NCBI GenBank assembly: GCA_902779035.1
Contig: CACZAH010000001.1
Location: 24,591 to 88,590 of the forward strand
DNA from: an uncultured Erysipelotrichaceae bacterium
GTDB lineage: Bacteria > Bacillota_I > Bacilli_A > RF39 > UBA660
Direction of reading: 5' to 3'
Length of the DNA: 64,000 nucleotides
The notes under the pieces were generated by a model, which was given only the letters and a program-made list of their open reading frames with translations, searched no databases and had not been told where the DNA came from. This document shows positions 37,201-46,239 of the stretch, one piece after another; the stretch's first letter is position 1, and each line of letters begins with the position of its first letter. The translations under genes and the position numbers were made by a program.

Positions 37201-38288
37201 TTATCAACCTTCTTTTGAATTAAAGATTCAACCATTTCTATTCTTTGTTTAAGTGATTCTAACTCTTTAGTTAATTCATCTAATTCTTTTGCTTGACGTT
37301 CTAAATCACGCTCATCAATTGCATCTAATCTAGCTATTATAGTATCATTTTCTTTTTCTAGTTCAATATAACTATTCTTAAAACTATCTAATTCATTTTT
37401 TAAATCTTCTACTAATTTCTCTTTATCACTAATTTCACTTCTCTTACTTTCTAGCTCTTTTTCTGCATTTTTATAATTAACAGCTTTATTATAAAGTAAT
37501 ATTTCATTATAGTTTTTATACGTTTTTAAAAAGTTAGTTAGTGACTTTAATTGGTTTTCTAAGTTCAATATCTGCTCTTTAGTTTTATTAGTATCCTCAA
37601 TTGCATCACTTAACGGACGTAAATCTTCTATTGATAAAGGTTGTAAGACCTTCGTTAATACCTCAAGTAAATCAACTGGCTTAGTACCTCTTGATAATTT
37701 CGGACTTCTAAGTTGTAATAAAACATTAATAAACTCATCATAAGAATCAAGACTTTCAAATCCATATAGTAAATCATTTACCATAGCTTTATAATCTTTT
37801 TGTGTTTCAACAAACCTATTATTTGTACCAATACGCGCACGAAGTTCACCTTTATTATATAAAACTTTACTACCATAATCTTTATATAGAAAGAAATCTT
37901 CACCTATTCTCTTATTATCACATAATCCAAAACCCCAAAAATCAGTTGGTCTACCAATACGCGCACGAAGTCCCATACCAATAGTAATATACTTGTCAGT
38001 CTCTTCATTATAAGTTTCCATATAAAGATAAGCAGTTGCTTCATTTTTTTGAGCACCATCTGATGGACCTAGCAGGTAATCTTCAATCCTTTTTTCCTTA
38101 GAACCAAACGGATCTAATCTACTAGGTTGTTTATTTCCATCTAATATAAGTGGTATAAATGATTGCATTGTAACTGATTTACCACTACCATTTTTACCAC
38201 GTAATAGTAGCTTACCATCAGAAAATTTAAACTCTTCTTCATCAAACAACCAGAAATTAAGTAATCCTATCTTTGTAATTTTAAACAT
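34257..38288 (-). CDS. jetC: Wadjet JetC-like SMC-family ATPase
   Basis: 1343 aa with N-terminal GKNGSGKS Walker A, a very long K/E/L/N/I coiled-coil middle, and C-terminal FSGGERA (signature-like) and LRIIALDEAFAGVDD (Walker B). Confidence 0.85.
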   Translation of the reverse strand: MFKITKIGLLNFWLFDEEEFKFSDGKLLLRGKNGSGKSVTMQSFIPLILDGNKQPSRLDPFGSKEKRIEDYLLGPSDGAQKNEATAYLYMETYNEETDKYITIGMGLRARIGRPTDFWGFGLCDNKRIGEDFFLYKDYGSKVLYNKGELRARIGTNNRFVETQKDYKAMVNDLLYGFESLDSYDEFINVLLQLRSPKLSRGTKPVDLLEVLTKVLQPLSIEDLRPLSDAIEDTNKTKEQILNLENQLKSLTNFLKTYKNYNEILLYNKAVNYKNAEKELESKRSEISDKEKLVEDLKNELDSFKNSYIELEKENDTIIARLDAIDERDLERQAKELDELTKELESLKQRIEMVESLIQKKVDKRISIEASIKDYDDKLYNSESLIKEISTDIISLLDDIKLNDIKVELSNILDNSINFTYIIDRIRSYKETLTKIKIKLESVDNLEKDINNRQEELDKINKKVDELDKELISKKQHLSDAIMDFKDSINTLNKSNKMVVLNDDEKLSIFNLMDNYNSSNYMKSRDIYLNLAHNIESDNEKELAKVEHKLNDANIELDKLNIELEELISNKELDYESDTETLDTLDKLKSMNIKYVELYKAIEFKDNIDKYTQNRIEELLSSLNILNAIIVNNKDLSKVNKLKGMFLKSTKKKDNNLLKYFNVVNTDIDSSVVESILSSISVDGDYSINDEMIKLDFIIGYPGKLYKSKYIGIFNREKERNRLISKKQVEINDIGKIIENYKNIISTINNKLETVKEESKLFPTSTNIDKIEKSITDLNITMNELSKLSSDITSTITKLTKEVEDIFSEINKLSKNIDIPINTPSYNNALSNIDIIQKNIYELKSIYESYQNTIDIKNTKKLELDDNEIEISDKRDELSQTTISLNKVKSKIDAINEMLNNPKNKGIIDELKSLRSRLNDIPKEKENISLRIGQNEEKINNNTIVLNSTKDNIKKYEVELEIKDIALKRELDLGYVYNEDVNASKIIKDLDSHKNDDVMRAQSNYFSAYNDYRNDLLDYRINSKEIFNDNDTYINKYVNDSYDEDGIRKLFNENIRYDITAAYQGKYVNLYELEACIKSSISDSELYITTQERHLFEDILLKTVGRKIRDRINESKAWVRKMNDIMNSTSVDSDLSFSLEWKNKQAYTEDELDTKELVRLFQIDSGAISTKDSDALINHFRSKIKQELEYNDSALDNYTSVIAHVLDYRNWFEFKIYYKRKYGEKKELTNKAFSVFSGGERAKSMYIPLFAAVYSKLESADKKALRIIALDEAFAGVDDININELFDILGKLNLDYILTSQALWGDYEKVKDLAICELTKDESIKAVAVQHFHWNGKVKVILDE

Positions 38289-39480
38289 CTTCTACACCTC
38301 CAAATATATCCATCTGCATACTTTTATCTAATTCTTTAGTAATACCTACCATTCTACTAATTGTAGGATTAATTGTAACTAAATCTCCATCAATACTGAT
38401 AAAATTATACATACACATATAATTAACTACTTCTTTATAAAACTTATCAAATGTCTCTTTTTCTAAAGTCTTACCTATATATGGTATTTTTTCATTCTTT
38501 ATTCTTTTTATAATCATCTTTAAATAACTAATATCTACACTCGCACACTCATAATTATCAAGTATAATCTTACCATTTTTAATATCATCTAATATCTCTT
38601 TGTTAACCATAAGTACAATCTCTGTAATCTTTTTGTTATTAGGAAAATTATCCTTCATTGTACTAGATGTATCATCATATAAAAGAGTAAGATTATTAGT
38701 TATTTCTACTTCCATATCTAATTTAGATGATATTTCATTTTTAATATAGTTTCTATTTTTCTTAATATAATCAATCTCACTACTTGTAATACTTTTTGTA
38801 CTAGTACTAGGTAAATATAAAATATTTCTAAATACCTTATATCTTCTTACATCTCCCTTTTCTTCATCTTGATTTTGAAACTCCAACTTTAAAAAGTCAT
38901 TTATATCAGTAATATCAGTAATACTAGTATCAAAAAGTCGCATTATATAATTAGATATTCCTGTTACTTCATATAAGGCTTGTGATTCTCTATTATCAAC
39001 AAAACTTACTTTATCTCTATCTTTTACTTTAATAGCTGATAGATTTACTAAGAAATTAATAGCTGCATCAATACCCTTTCTATCTTTCTTTAAACTCCAA
39101 TCTGGTATATGGTTTAATTCTAAGGTAATTGATGTATTTTTTACATAGTCGATTAAATCAGTTAAAACAAATAAATCTCCTCTAGCTTTATCTTCTAAAT
39201 ATAAAAGGATGAGCGCTAAAAATATATAATCTTCTACATTATTAAAAGTATTAATTCCTTCGCTAGCAACCAAATAAGATGGAATTTTTTCTAACTTTAT
39301 AAAGCGATTATGGATAATTAAATTACTACCTAAATTCTTAGATATAAAATCTTTTATTTTATTTTGATTGTATTTAATTTTATAATATATCTCTTCATTA
39401 CCATCTTTTACTATCCAAAAATTATAAAGTAAATCTCTAAAATTATCTATTATATTATTATCCAATATCATCACCTTCAA
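38281..39480 (-). CDS. jetB: Wadjet JetB-like protein (type II, DUF2398-like by size and position)
   Basis: 399 aa, overlapping both jetA and jetC. No independent motif recognised, so the call rests on operon context. Confidence 0.6.
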   Translation of the reverse strand: MKVMILDNNIIDNFRDLLYNFWIVKDGNEEIYYKIKYNQNKIKDFISKNLGSNLIIHNRFIKLEKIPSYLVASEGINTFNNVEDYIFLALILLYLEDKARGDLFVLTDLIDYVKNTSITLELNHIPDWSLKKDRKGIDAAINFLVNLSAIKVKDRDKVSFVDNRESQALYEVTGISNYIMRLFDTSITDITDINDFLKLEFQNQDEEKGDVRRYKVFRNILYLPSTSTKSITSSEIDYIKKNRNYIKNEISSKLDMEVEITNNLTLLYDDTSSTMKDNFPNNKKITEIVLMVNKEILDDIKNGKIILDNYECASVDISYLKMIIKRIKNEKIPYIGKTLEKETFDKFYKEVVNYMCMYNFISIDGDLVTINPTISRMVGITKELDKSMQMDIFGGVEDV

Positions 39481-40918
39481 TCTTAATTGTTCTTGCGCTC
39501 ATCAAAAATTTACCATCGCTAGAATTAATCGTACAGAACCCATCTTTTTTCTCTATTTCATAACTATACCCATATTCTGATTCTTTAGTTAATTTATTCT
39601 GATACTTTTGAATAAGTGATAATACATACCTTCTTTCAAATGTATCTAATTTAATTTCTCCTGTTAGATCAATCACACCATCTTTAATTAAATTACGCAC
39701 CTTTTCTTTATTCTGTCTATCTATCTCAATTTGACGTTTTAATATCTCTTGTTTTTCTTTAGTTTTATCAACTATTGGAGTCACTTCATTTTTTACTTTA
39801 TACTCTCTAACATTACTATTAACAGGTATTTCTATAGTATCAACACCATAACTTGGTATTAAAGAATCAGTATTTATTGCAGATGCTCCTTTAAAGTGTC
39901 TTGGTTTAATCACACCAAATATTACTGAAGAAAGTTTATTTGCATCCTCGATATTTTTCATTGAATCAAATAGCTTTATTATATGAATATAGTCTTCCTT
40001 ACGATTAATCATATTACCATGCAATTCAATTAGTGAACTAGCATACTTATATATTTTAGCTATTATCTTCTGTGTTGCTTCTAGAAGTCTTTCTCCTTCA
40101 CTTAATCCATTACTATTTATAAACCATTTTTCTAAACTTTTCCACTTACCGTAATTAACACGTCTTAGTTTATCAAAATCAAATTCTGGTGATATCTTAG
40201 GAGCTTTCTTTTGATGAGATATAAGTGAGTCCATCATATATTCTACTTTAGAACTATCTATATTAAGTATAGAATTCTTTATATCAGTAGATGCTTTAAT
40301 ATAACTAGATATAAAGTTATTAATATAATTTATCATACTACTTTTAAATTCAAGGAATGCCTCACTTTGTAATAGTTCCTCAGTCTTTGCTTCATGGAAT
40401 TTCTTTAAAAAATCTTGATATTGTTCATTTAAATTCTTAAAATCAGATATTAAATCTGTCCATACTTCATATATATTGTTTTCATCCATATTATTAACAT
40501 TAACTAACTTCTTTATGAGCAAACTGATACGCTCAAAAAGTCTAGGTTCTAGACTTGTTACTTTTACTTCCAACTCTTCAAGTTCTATAGTCATTCTTTC
40601 TACTATAACCGCTTTATCAGTCATTTGATAACGATAATTACGGAACATCCAATCATTCAAATTACTAATATTCTCTGTATCTTGAAGACGAGTTAAAGAA
40701 CTATTTTGTACTAAAAATTCTAAATTACGCTCTAACTCTTCCATAGTATAATTATCAAAATATTCACTAATGCCTGCATATATATCTTCTTTATAAAGCC
40801 AGTATTCTGCTTGTTCATACTTATTAAAGAAAAACCTCATAATTGTTCTATAATAAGGAGTGTTTTCCTGAGATAAGTATTTAACCTCATCAATTTTATC
40901 TGTAATATTATAATCCAT
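39458..40918 (-). CDS. jetA: Wadjet JetA-like protein (type II, DUF2397-like)
   Basis: 486 aa with N-terminus VKYLSQENTPYYRTIMRFFFNKY, resembling the TIGR02677/DUF2397 N-terminus as I recall it. First gene of the cassette. Confidence 0.6.
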   Translation of the reverse strand: MDYNITDKIDEVKYLSQENTPYYRTIMRFFFNKYEQAEYWLYKEDIYAGISEYFDNYTMEELERNLEFLVQNSSLTRLQDTENISNLNDWMFRNYRYQMTDKAVIVERMTIELEELEVKVTSLEPRLFERISLLIKKLVNVNNMDENNIYEVWTDLISDFKNLNEQYQDFLKKFHEAKTEELLQSEAFLEFKSSMINYINNFISSYIKASTDIKNSILNIDSSKVEYMMDSLISHQKKAPKISPEFDFDKLRRVNYGKWKSLEKWFINSNGLSEGERLLEATQKIIAKIYKYASSLIELHGNMINRKEDYIHIIKLFDSMKNIEDANKLSSVIFGVIKPRHFKGASAINTDSLIPSYGVDTIEIPVNSNVREYKVKNEVTPIVDKTKEKQEILKRQIEIDRQNKEKVRNLIKDGVIDLTGEIKLDTFERRYVLSLIQKYQNKLTKESEYGYSYEIEKKDGFCTINSSDGKFLMSARTIKIEGDDIG

Positions 40919-41009
40919 ATAACCACAATCCTAACTGCGTTTATATAATAACATTTATTTAATTATATGTAAATATACCAAAAGAAAAAAACACATTACT
41001 GTGTTTAAA

Positions 41010-41486
41010 TTATGCTTCAATACAATTAATAATGTATTCTCTTGTTTCATCAATACTCTTATCAAGAACAATAGAAAACTCATTATATAAACATTTTTCT
41101 GCTTTATTAAAGTAAATAACATCTTTATCCCTAGCTCTTCTTTTTTTATTAGTTCTCTCTTGAGTATTTAAATATGCAGTCTTAATAATCTTTACTAAAT
41201 CTTCGACCTTATCAGTCGACATAAGTCTCTTATATTCAATTTCCAATTGTTTGTCAGGCAAATCAATAATCTCAATACTAGGTATTTCATTAACAACAAA
41301 ATCAAGTGTTTTCCTATCAATTATAGAACGAATATTCTCATTACTAGTTGGCACTTCTATTTTAAGCGATGCATCATCAACTGGAGCAAGAATATAAACC
41401 TCATTATCAGTATATTTACTCTTAGTAATATCATTAACTTTGCATACTTCTCTTTTATAAACTACATAATCATTAATCTTGTACAT
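41010..41486 (-). CDS. CarD_CdnL_TRCF-family (CarD-like) protein
   Basis: 158 aa with MYKINDYVVYKREVCKVNDI...ILAPVDDASLKIEVPTSN, a typical CarD-like N-terminal Tudor-like domain. Confidence 0.65.
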   Translation of the reverse strand: MYKINDYVVYKREVCKVNDITKSKYTDNEVYILAPVDDASLKIEVPTSNENIRSIIDRKTLDFVVNEIPSIEIIDLPDKQLEIEYKRLMSTDKVEDLVKIIKTAYLNTQERTNKKRRARDKDVIYFNKAEKCLYNEFSIVLDKSIDETREYIINCIEA

Positions 41487-41567
41487 ATAACCACCTGTTT
41501 CCTATATAAATTATACCATTTTTTTGCAAAAAATGTAAGTAAAACAGATGATTTTATACAATATTAA

Positions 41568-42491
41568 TTAATCTATATTAATTAAATCTCGCCAATTATC
41601 TGGAAAGCCTATTCTATTTAATAACTTATTAGTAGGTATTATATTAGTCTTACCGTCTAGTATATCAAATTCATAACTAATTTCATTAAACATCTCTTTA
41701 AATTCATCTCGTGATAGTAACTGCTTAAATATTATAATTACTGCAAATAAATCATCTTTGCCATATTTATACTCATCATCTATTTTTTCTATATTAAGTA
41801 TTTCATGATATTTAGTATCCGGTATTACTCTTTGGGTTTTATGTTCATAAAGTATATCTTCATGGGCACATAAATTACGATAATTAGAAAGTATATGTAG
41901 ATAGGTTGAAAAAGTAACACTATCTAGTTTATAAACATTCGCAATACGACTCTGATCTGCATCTTTTAAAATGTCATAATATTCTGACATAAGACCAAAT
42001 GATATAACTTTAACAAGTATCCACATAGGTACATATCCATAATTAGTAATGTAATGATAAGTGGCGCTGTGACCAGTACCATTAATTCTAATCTGTCTAT
42101 TAACTTTATTTAATACATCATGTACTTGTCTTACTTGCATAGGATCATTAGTATAATTCTTAGGCATTAAATATTCCTTATCATTCGCACCATATACCTG
42201 AGATAGTTCATAGCTCATAATAGATTTAACATTATTTTCAATTACTAATAAATTCTTAAAAAATATATTTCTAAGTTTTCTATCAAAAATAAATATTCCA
42301 TATAACTCTTCAAAAGTAGTACCTTTAATAAACTTATCTTTTGCGGTTTCAAAGAAATGACGATATCCACTTATAAAGAAATAATTCTCCTTAAGAAGTA
42401 TATTCTTAGCCTTTTCTTCATCAAATACTATCAATCCCCTACTTTTTAATATATCTAACTGTTCATCAAGTGTCCTAAATATTTTTTTCAT
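41568..42491 (-). CDS. Abi_2 family abortive-infection protein (AbiD/AbiF-like, HEPN)
   Basis: Start ATG 42491 after aaggag. LDEQLDILKSRGLIV...ENYFFISGYRHFF N-terminus and the canonical HEPN motif YRNLCAHED. Confidence 0.8.
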   Translation of the reverse strand: MKKIFRTLDEQLDILKSRGLIVFDEEKAKNILLKENYFFISGYRHFFETAKDKFIKGTTFEELYGIFIFDRKLRNIFFKNLLVIENNVKSIMSYELSQVYGANDKEYLMPKNYTNDPMQVRQVHDVLNKVNRQIRINGTGHSATYHYITNYGYVPMWILVKVISFGLMSEYYDILKDADQSRIANVYKLDSVTFSTYLHILSNYRNLCAHEDILYEHKTQRVIPDTKYHEILNIEKIDDEYKYGKDDLFAVIIIFKQLLSRDEFKEMFNEISYEFDILDGKTNIIPTNKLLNRIGFPDNWRDLINID

Positions 42492-42617
42492 ATGATCTCC
42501 TTTTACTCTAACCATATCTATTATATCATACCTAGAGTATTATTAATAAAAAAATATGCTTGTAGTGTTTTTTTAGCATATTTTTCTGTTTTTTTCGATT
42601 ATGTTACCAGAGTGTTA

Positions 42618-42645
42618 TTGACACGTTTTTTATAAGTGCTATAAT
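42618..42645 (+). promoter_or_regulatory. Near-consensus sigma-A promoter with an extended -10
   Basis: TTGACA (42618-42623), 16-nt spacer, then TGcTATAAT (42637-42645). Confidence 0.65.
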
Positions 42646-42740
42646 ACTTACTCGGATATGTTTGGACTTCAGATGTTATCTCTTACAACAAAAATTTGCT
42701 TATTAAAATTAAGGCGGGTTTTGGTATTGTAGGAGGTGAT

Positions 42741-42815
42741 ATGACTATGACTAAAAGAGTTTTCTTAATCGTCCTAGTTCATTTAATTATCGAAATATTA
42801 CTTATATTAAGATAA
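42741..42815 (+). CDS. 24-aa hydrophobic peptide, candidate type I toxin
   Basis: aggaggtga RBS, 3 nt, then ATG. MTMTKRVFLIVLVHLIIEILLILR* forms a single TM-like helix. No larger plus-strand gene downstream. Confidence 0.4.
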   Translation: MTMTKRVFLIVLVHLIIEILLILR

Positions 42816-42883
42816 TAAAGCATCTGAAACTTTAATAAGCGGTTTCAGATGTGTTACCTATAAGGGAAACGTCTGATATCCAC

Positions 42884-42903
42884 TTCAAACGTATCCTTTT
42901 TTT
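42884..42903 (+). terminator. 3' end of the small-peptide transcript: 13-nt segment pairing with the 5' end, followed by T7
   Basis: ttcaaacgtatcc (42884-42896) is fully complementary (with G-U pairs) to ggatatgtttgga (42654-42666) just after the predicted TSS, and is followed by ttttttt. An internal 10-bp hairpin catctgaaac/gtttcagatg lies at 42821-42851. Confidence 0.4.
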
Positions 42904-42961
42904 ATTATATGAAGCATTGCTTCCTATATACATAATAGCACATTCCCCAATCTTTTTCAAT

Positions 42962-43510
42962 CTAATATTCATAAATTCCTAGTATTTTATCTTCATCAGC
43001 TTCACTTACTTCATCTAAACTCCAGTCGCCATTATTATCCTTGTTTAAGTTAAAATAGATTGTAAATTTTACTTTATCAGTATTTTTACTCATCTTATCG
43101 AGTTTATAATCTATAAACTTAGATTCATCATATACACCATCTACAATAAATTCATCTCGATGTTCTAATAAATAATTATCAGCATCTTTATTAACCTTAT
43201 AATAATCATATACATTAATTTCAACTTCTACTTCAGCTATATCACCATTAACAGTTTCATCTTTTACTTTATAAGACATGTTTTGAAAATTCTTCTTCAT
43301 TATTTTTCTATATTTATTTTTTTCTTCTAAATTAAATGTAGTTTCACGTTCTACAACAATATCTAAATCACTTACTACATCACTTGATAATGATTGATAG
43401 TTATTTAAATACTCTTCTACTTTCTTAGTAGGAGTATTATCTATATCACCAATATTAAATGAACATGCAGTAAGTAATAATACTAAGGCTATTACAAGTA
43501 TTCTCTTCAC
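42962..43510 (-). CDS. Lipoprotein, unknown function
   Basis: 182 aa with lipobox LLLTAC after the signal peptide MKRILVIALV. Confidence 0.7.
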   Translation of the reverse strand: MKRILVIALVLLLTACSFNIGDIDNTPTKKVEEYLNNYQSLSSDVVSDLDIVVERETTFNLEEKNKYRKIMKKNFQNMSYKVKDETVNGDIAEVEVEINVYDYYKVNKDADNYLLEHRDEFIVDGVYDESKFIDYKLDKMSKNTDKVKFTIYFNLNKDNNGDWSLDEVSEADEDKILGIYEY

Positions 43511-43556
43511 ATTATCCCTCCACTAATAGTGTGGAGTAAATATTTTTTTTTATACA

Positions 43557-46163
43557 TTAAACTCCATCTTTTATACCTTTTTTCCTTATAAACATTTTTC
43601 TTAAAAAATCAAAAGGAATAACAGTGAAGGCAAATAGTAACATTATCTCTGCTTCTTTTAAAGTAAGTCCTGCTGTTCTAAAAACTGATCCTCCATAATA
43701 TATTAAAAAGATTTGAACTATAGCTATAAAAGAAATAATAAGTATAAAAATTTTATTTTTAGTAATTGATGCAAGTATATTATATCTATATGTTCTAGCA
43801 TTAAAACTATTAAATATATCTATAAATATAAACAATCCAAAGAATGCAGTATATAGATAAGTATTATTAACATCACTTCTAAATAAAGATACAATAAAAG
43901 GAGATTTTAAGAATAGTATACATATAAAACATGAATATAAACCTGTATACATTATTTGATTAATCATATATTTGTTAATTATAGGTTCAGTTTTCTTCTT
44001 TGGATATTCATTCATGTATTCTAGTAGTGGTGGTTCAAATGAGAAAGCAAGCCCAGCAAATGTATCCATAACCATATTTATCCAAAGCATCTGGATTACT
44101 GTAATAGGCATTTCAATACCAATAAATGGTCCGATTATAGATAGTCCTAGCGCACACATATTAATAGTAAGCTGTACTATAATAAACTTTCTAATACTTT
44201 TAAATATTGTTCTACCAAACAATATTGCCTTAGCAATTGATGCAAAGTTATCATCAAGAATAACAATATCACTTGCTTCTTTTGCAACTTCTGTTCCACT
44301 TCCCATGCTAAAGCCTACATCAGCTCGCTTTAGTGCCGGCGCATCATTTACACCATCACCTGTCATTCCAACAATATACCCTTCATCTTGACTAATTCTA
44401 ATTAATCTACTTTTATCTGTAGGAAGACTTCTTGCAACTACTTTTAGTTTAGGTAAAATGCTTTTAACCTCTTCATCATTCATACTATTTAATTCATCGC
44501 TAGTTAATACTATATCATTCATATCAAGTATTCCTACTTCTTTTGCAATACTAACAGCAGTATCCTTATTATCACCCGTAATCATTACAGTATTAATATG
44601 AGCTTTCTTGACAAGTTTAACTCCTTCGATTGCTTCAGGACGTATATCATCTTTTATCAAAATTAAACCTACTAAAGTAAGATTTTTAAATATTTCTGGA
44701 TTAGTTGATTCACTAGTTGCAAGAAATATTACTCTAATTCCATTATTAGTATTATCTTTTATTACCTTTTTTATGTTATCTTTATTGAGTTTATATAAAG
44801 AATTACCTGAATAATATGTACTGCAACTATCAAGTAATACCTCTGGAGCTCCTTTAATTAAATTAATCCTTTTACCATTATGTCTTATAGTAGTTATCGC
44901 ATATTTATTCTTACTATCAAATGGAATAGTTTTTATTTTATCTATAATAGTTTCACTAGGTTTAAAAAACTTCAAAAGAGCTCTATCTGTAATATTACCA
45001 CCTATTACTTTATCTTTATCATAATTACTAGCATTATTAATTATACAACTAAGTTTAACTATATCATATATTTTATCTTTTTTTAATTCATTCTCGTTTT
45101 TATACTCTTTTAAATTACCACTTATAAACTTAATTACTTCTAGTTTACCTTTAGTAAGTGTTCCTGTTTTATCTGTAAATAGCATATTTATATTTCCAGA
45201 TGTTTCTATTCCAACTAGTCTTCTTACTAACACATTGCTTTTAAGCATACGCTTCATATTAGAAGATAATACTAAAGTAATCATCATAGGAAGTCCTTCT
45301 GGAACTGCAACTATAATAATGGTTACACATAAGGTTAAGGCATATAAAACATGTCCACTAAGTACTGGAAAGTTATAAATTGTATCTTTTATTAAATTGA
45401 TATCAAATTGATTTTGAATTACTATTACTGAAAATAAGTATGATATGAATACTAATATCGCACCAATATAGCCTATTTTGCTTATAAATGTAGCAAGTTC
45501 TCTAAGTCTTATTTTTAAAGGAGTATCAGGTTGTTTAGTTTGAAGTTCTAATGATAACTTGCCATAAAAGGTATCATCACCTACTTTAGTTACTTGCATT
45601 AAAGCAGTATCATTATAAACTACAGTACCACGATATACCTTATTTTTATCTGTAGCTTTGTTTATATTTAAAGCAGTCTCTTTTACTGCTTCTTTGGTCT
45701 CTCCGTTTAAACTAGATTCATCTACACTGAGGCGACCTTTTACAATAATTCCATCGGCTGGTATTTTATCACCAGTTTCTAGAACTACAATATCATTAAC
45801 AACTACATCACTTACTGGTATTTCTATTTTTTTACCATTTCTAATTACTCGACATTTTAACTGTGATGCTTCTTCTTGTAGTTTTTCAAAGGCTTTTTCA
45901 CTTCCATACTCTGAGATTGTTGATATTAAGGATGCAAGTAATATAGCTATTACTATACCTATTGTTTCATACCAATCAAAGTCTTTAAATAAAAATATTA
46001 CTTTAAGTGCGAGAGCGATAAGTAAAATCTTAATAATTGGATCACTAAAAGTTATTAATAGTTTCTTTATAAAACTATCTTTCTTCATCTTTGTTAATTC
46101 ATTTGTTCCATGCTTTTCACGATTTATTTCTACTTGTTTATTAGTAAGACCACTATAGTTCAT
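43557..46163 (-). CDS. P-type cation-translocating ATPase (Ca2+-ATPase-like, type IIA/YloB-like)
   Basis: 868 aa with TGDKIPADG, SSLNGET, FTDKTGTLT, MITGDN, GMTGDGVNDAPALKRADVG and 10 TM-like segments. Confidence 0.9.
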   Translation of the reverse strand: MNYSGLTNKQVEINREKHGTNELTKMKKDSFIKKLLITFSDPIIKILLIALALKVIFLFKDFDWYETIGIVIAILLASLISTISEYGSEKAFEKLQEEASQLKCRVIRNGKKIEIPVSDVVVNDIVVLETGDKIPADGIIVKGRLSVDESSLNGETKEAVKETALNINKATDKNKVYRGTVVYNDTALMQVTKVGDDTFYGKLSLELQTKQPDTPLKIRLRELATFISKIGYIGAILVFISYLFSVIVIQNQFDINLIKDTIYNFPVLSGHVLYALTLCVTIIIVAVPEGLPMMITLVLSSNMKRMLKSNVLVRRLVGIETSGNINMLFTDKTGTLTKGKLEVIKFISGNLKEYKNENELKKDKIYDIVKLSCIINNASNYDKDKVIGGNITDRALLKFFKPSETIIDKIKTIPFDSKNKYAITTIRHNGKRINLIKGAPEVLLDSCSTYYSGNSLYKLNKDNIKKVIKDNTNNGIRVIFLATSESTNPEIFKNLTLVGLILIKDDIRPEAIEGVKLVKKAHINTVMITGDNKDTAVSIAKEVGILDMNDIVLTSDELNSMNDEEVKSILPKLKVVARSLPTDKSRLIRISQDEGYIVGMTGDGVNDAPALKRADVGFSMGSGTEVAKEASDIVILDDNFASIAKAILFGRTIFKSIRKFIIVQLTINMCALGLSIIGPFIGIEMPITVIQMLWINMVMDTFAGLAFSFEPPLLEYMNEYPKKKTEPIINKYMINQIMYTGLYSCFICILFLKSPFIVSLFRSDVNNTYLYTAFFGLFIFIDIFNSFNARTYRYNILASITKNKIFILIISFIAIVQIFLIYYGGSVFRTAGLTLKEAEIMLLFAFTVIPFDFLRKMFIRKKGIKDGV

Positions 46164-46239
46164 AAATTCCTCCTAACAAAGTATATTAAATACTTTTTGT
46201 ATTAGAAGAGTTTATTAGCGACAAAAAACGTAACCGAAG

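Noticed and set aside
37826-37971. An exact 20-nt direct repeat (taccaatacgcgcacgaagt) 126 bp apart, locally GC-rich.
   Set aside because: Both copies are in frame inside jetC and encode a repeated (G/E)LRARIG peptide. This is an internal protein-level duplication, not a mobile-element end or regulatory repeat.
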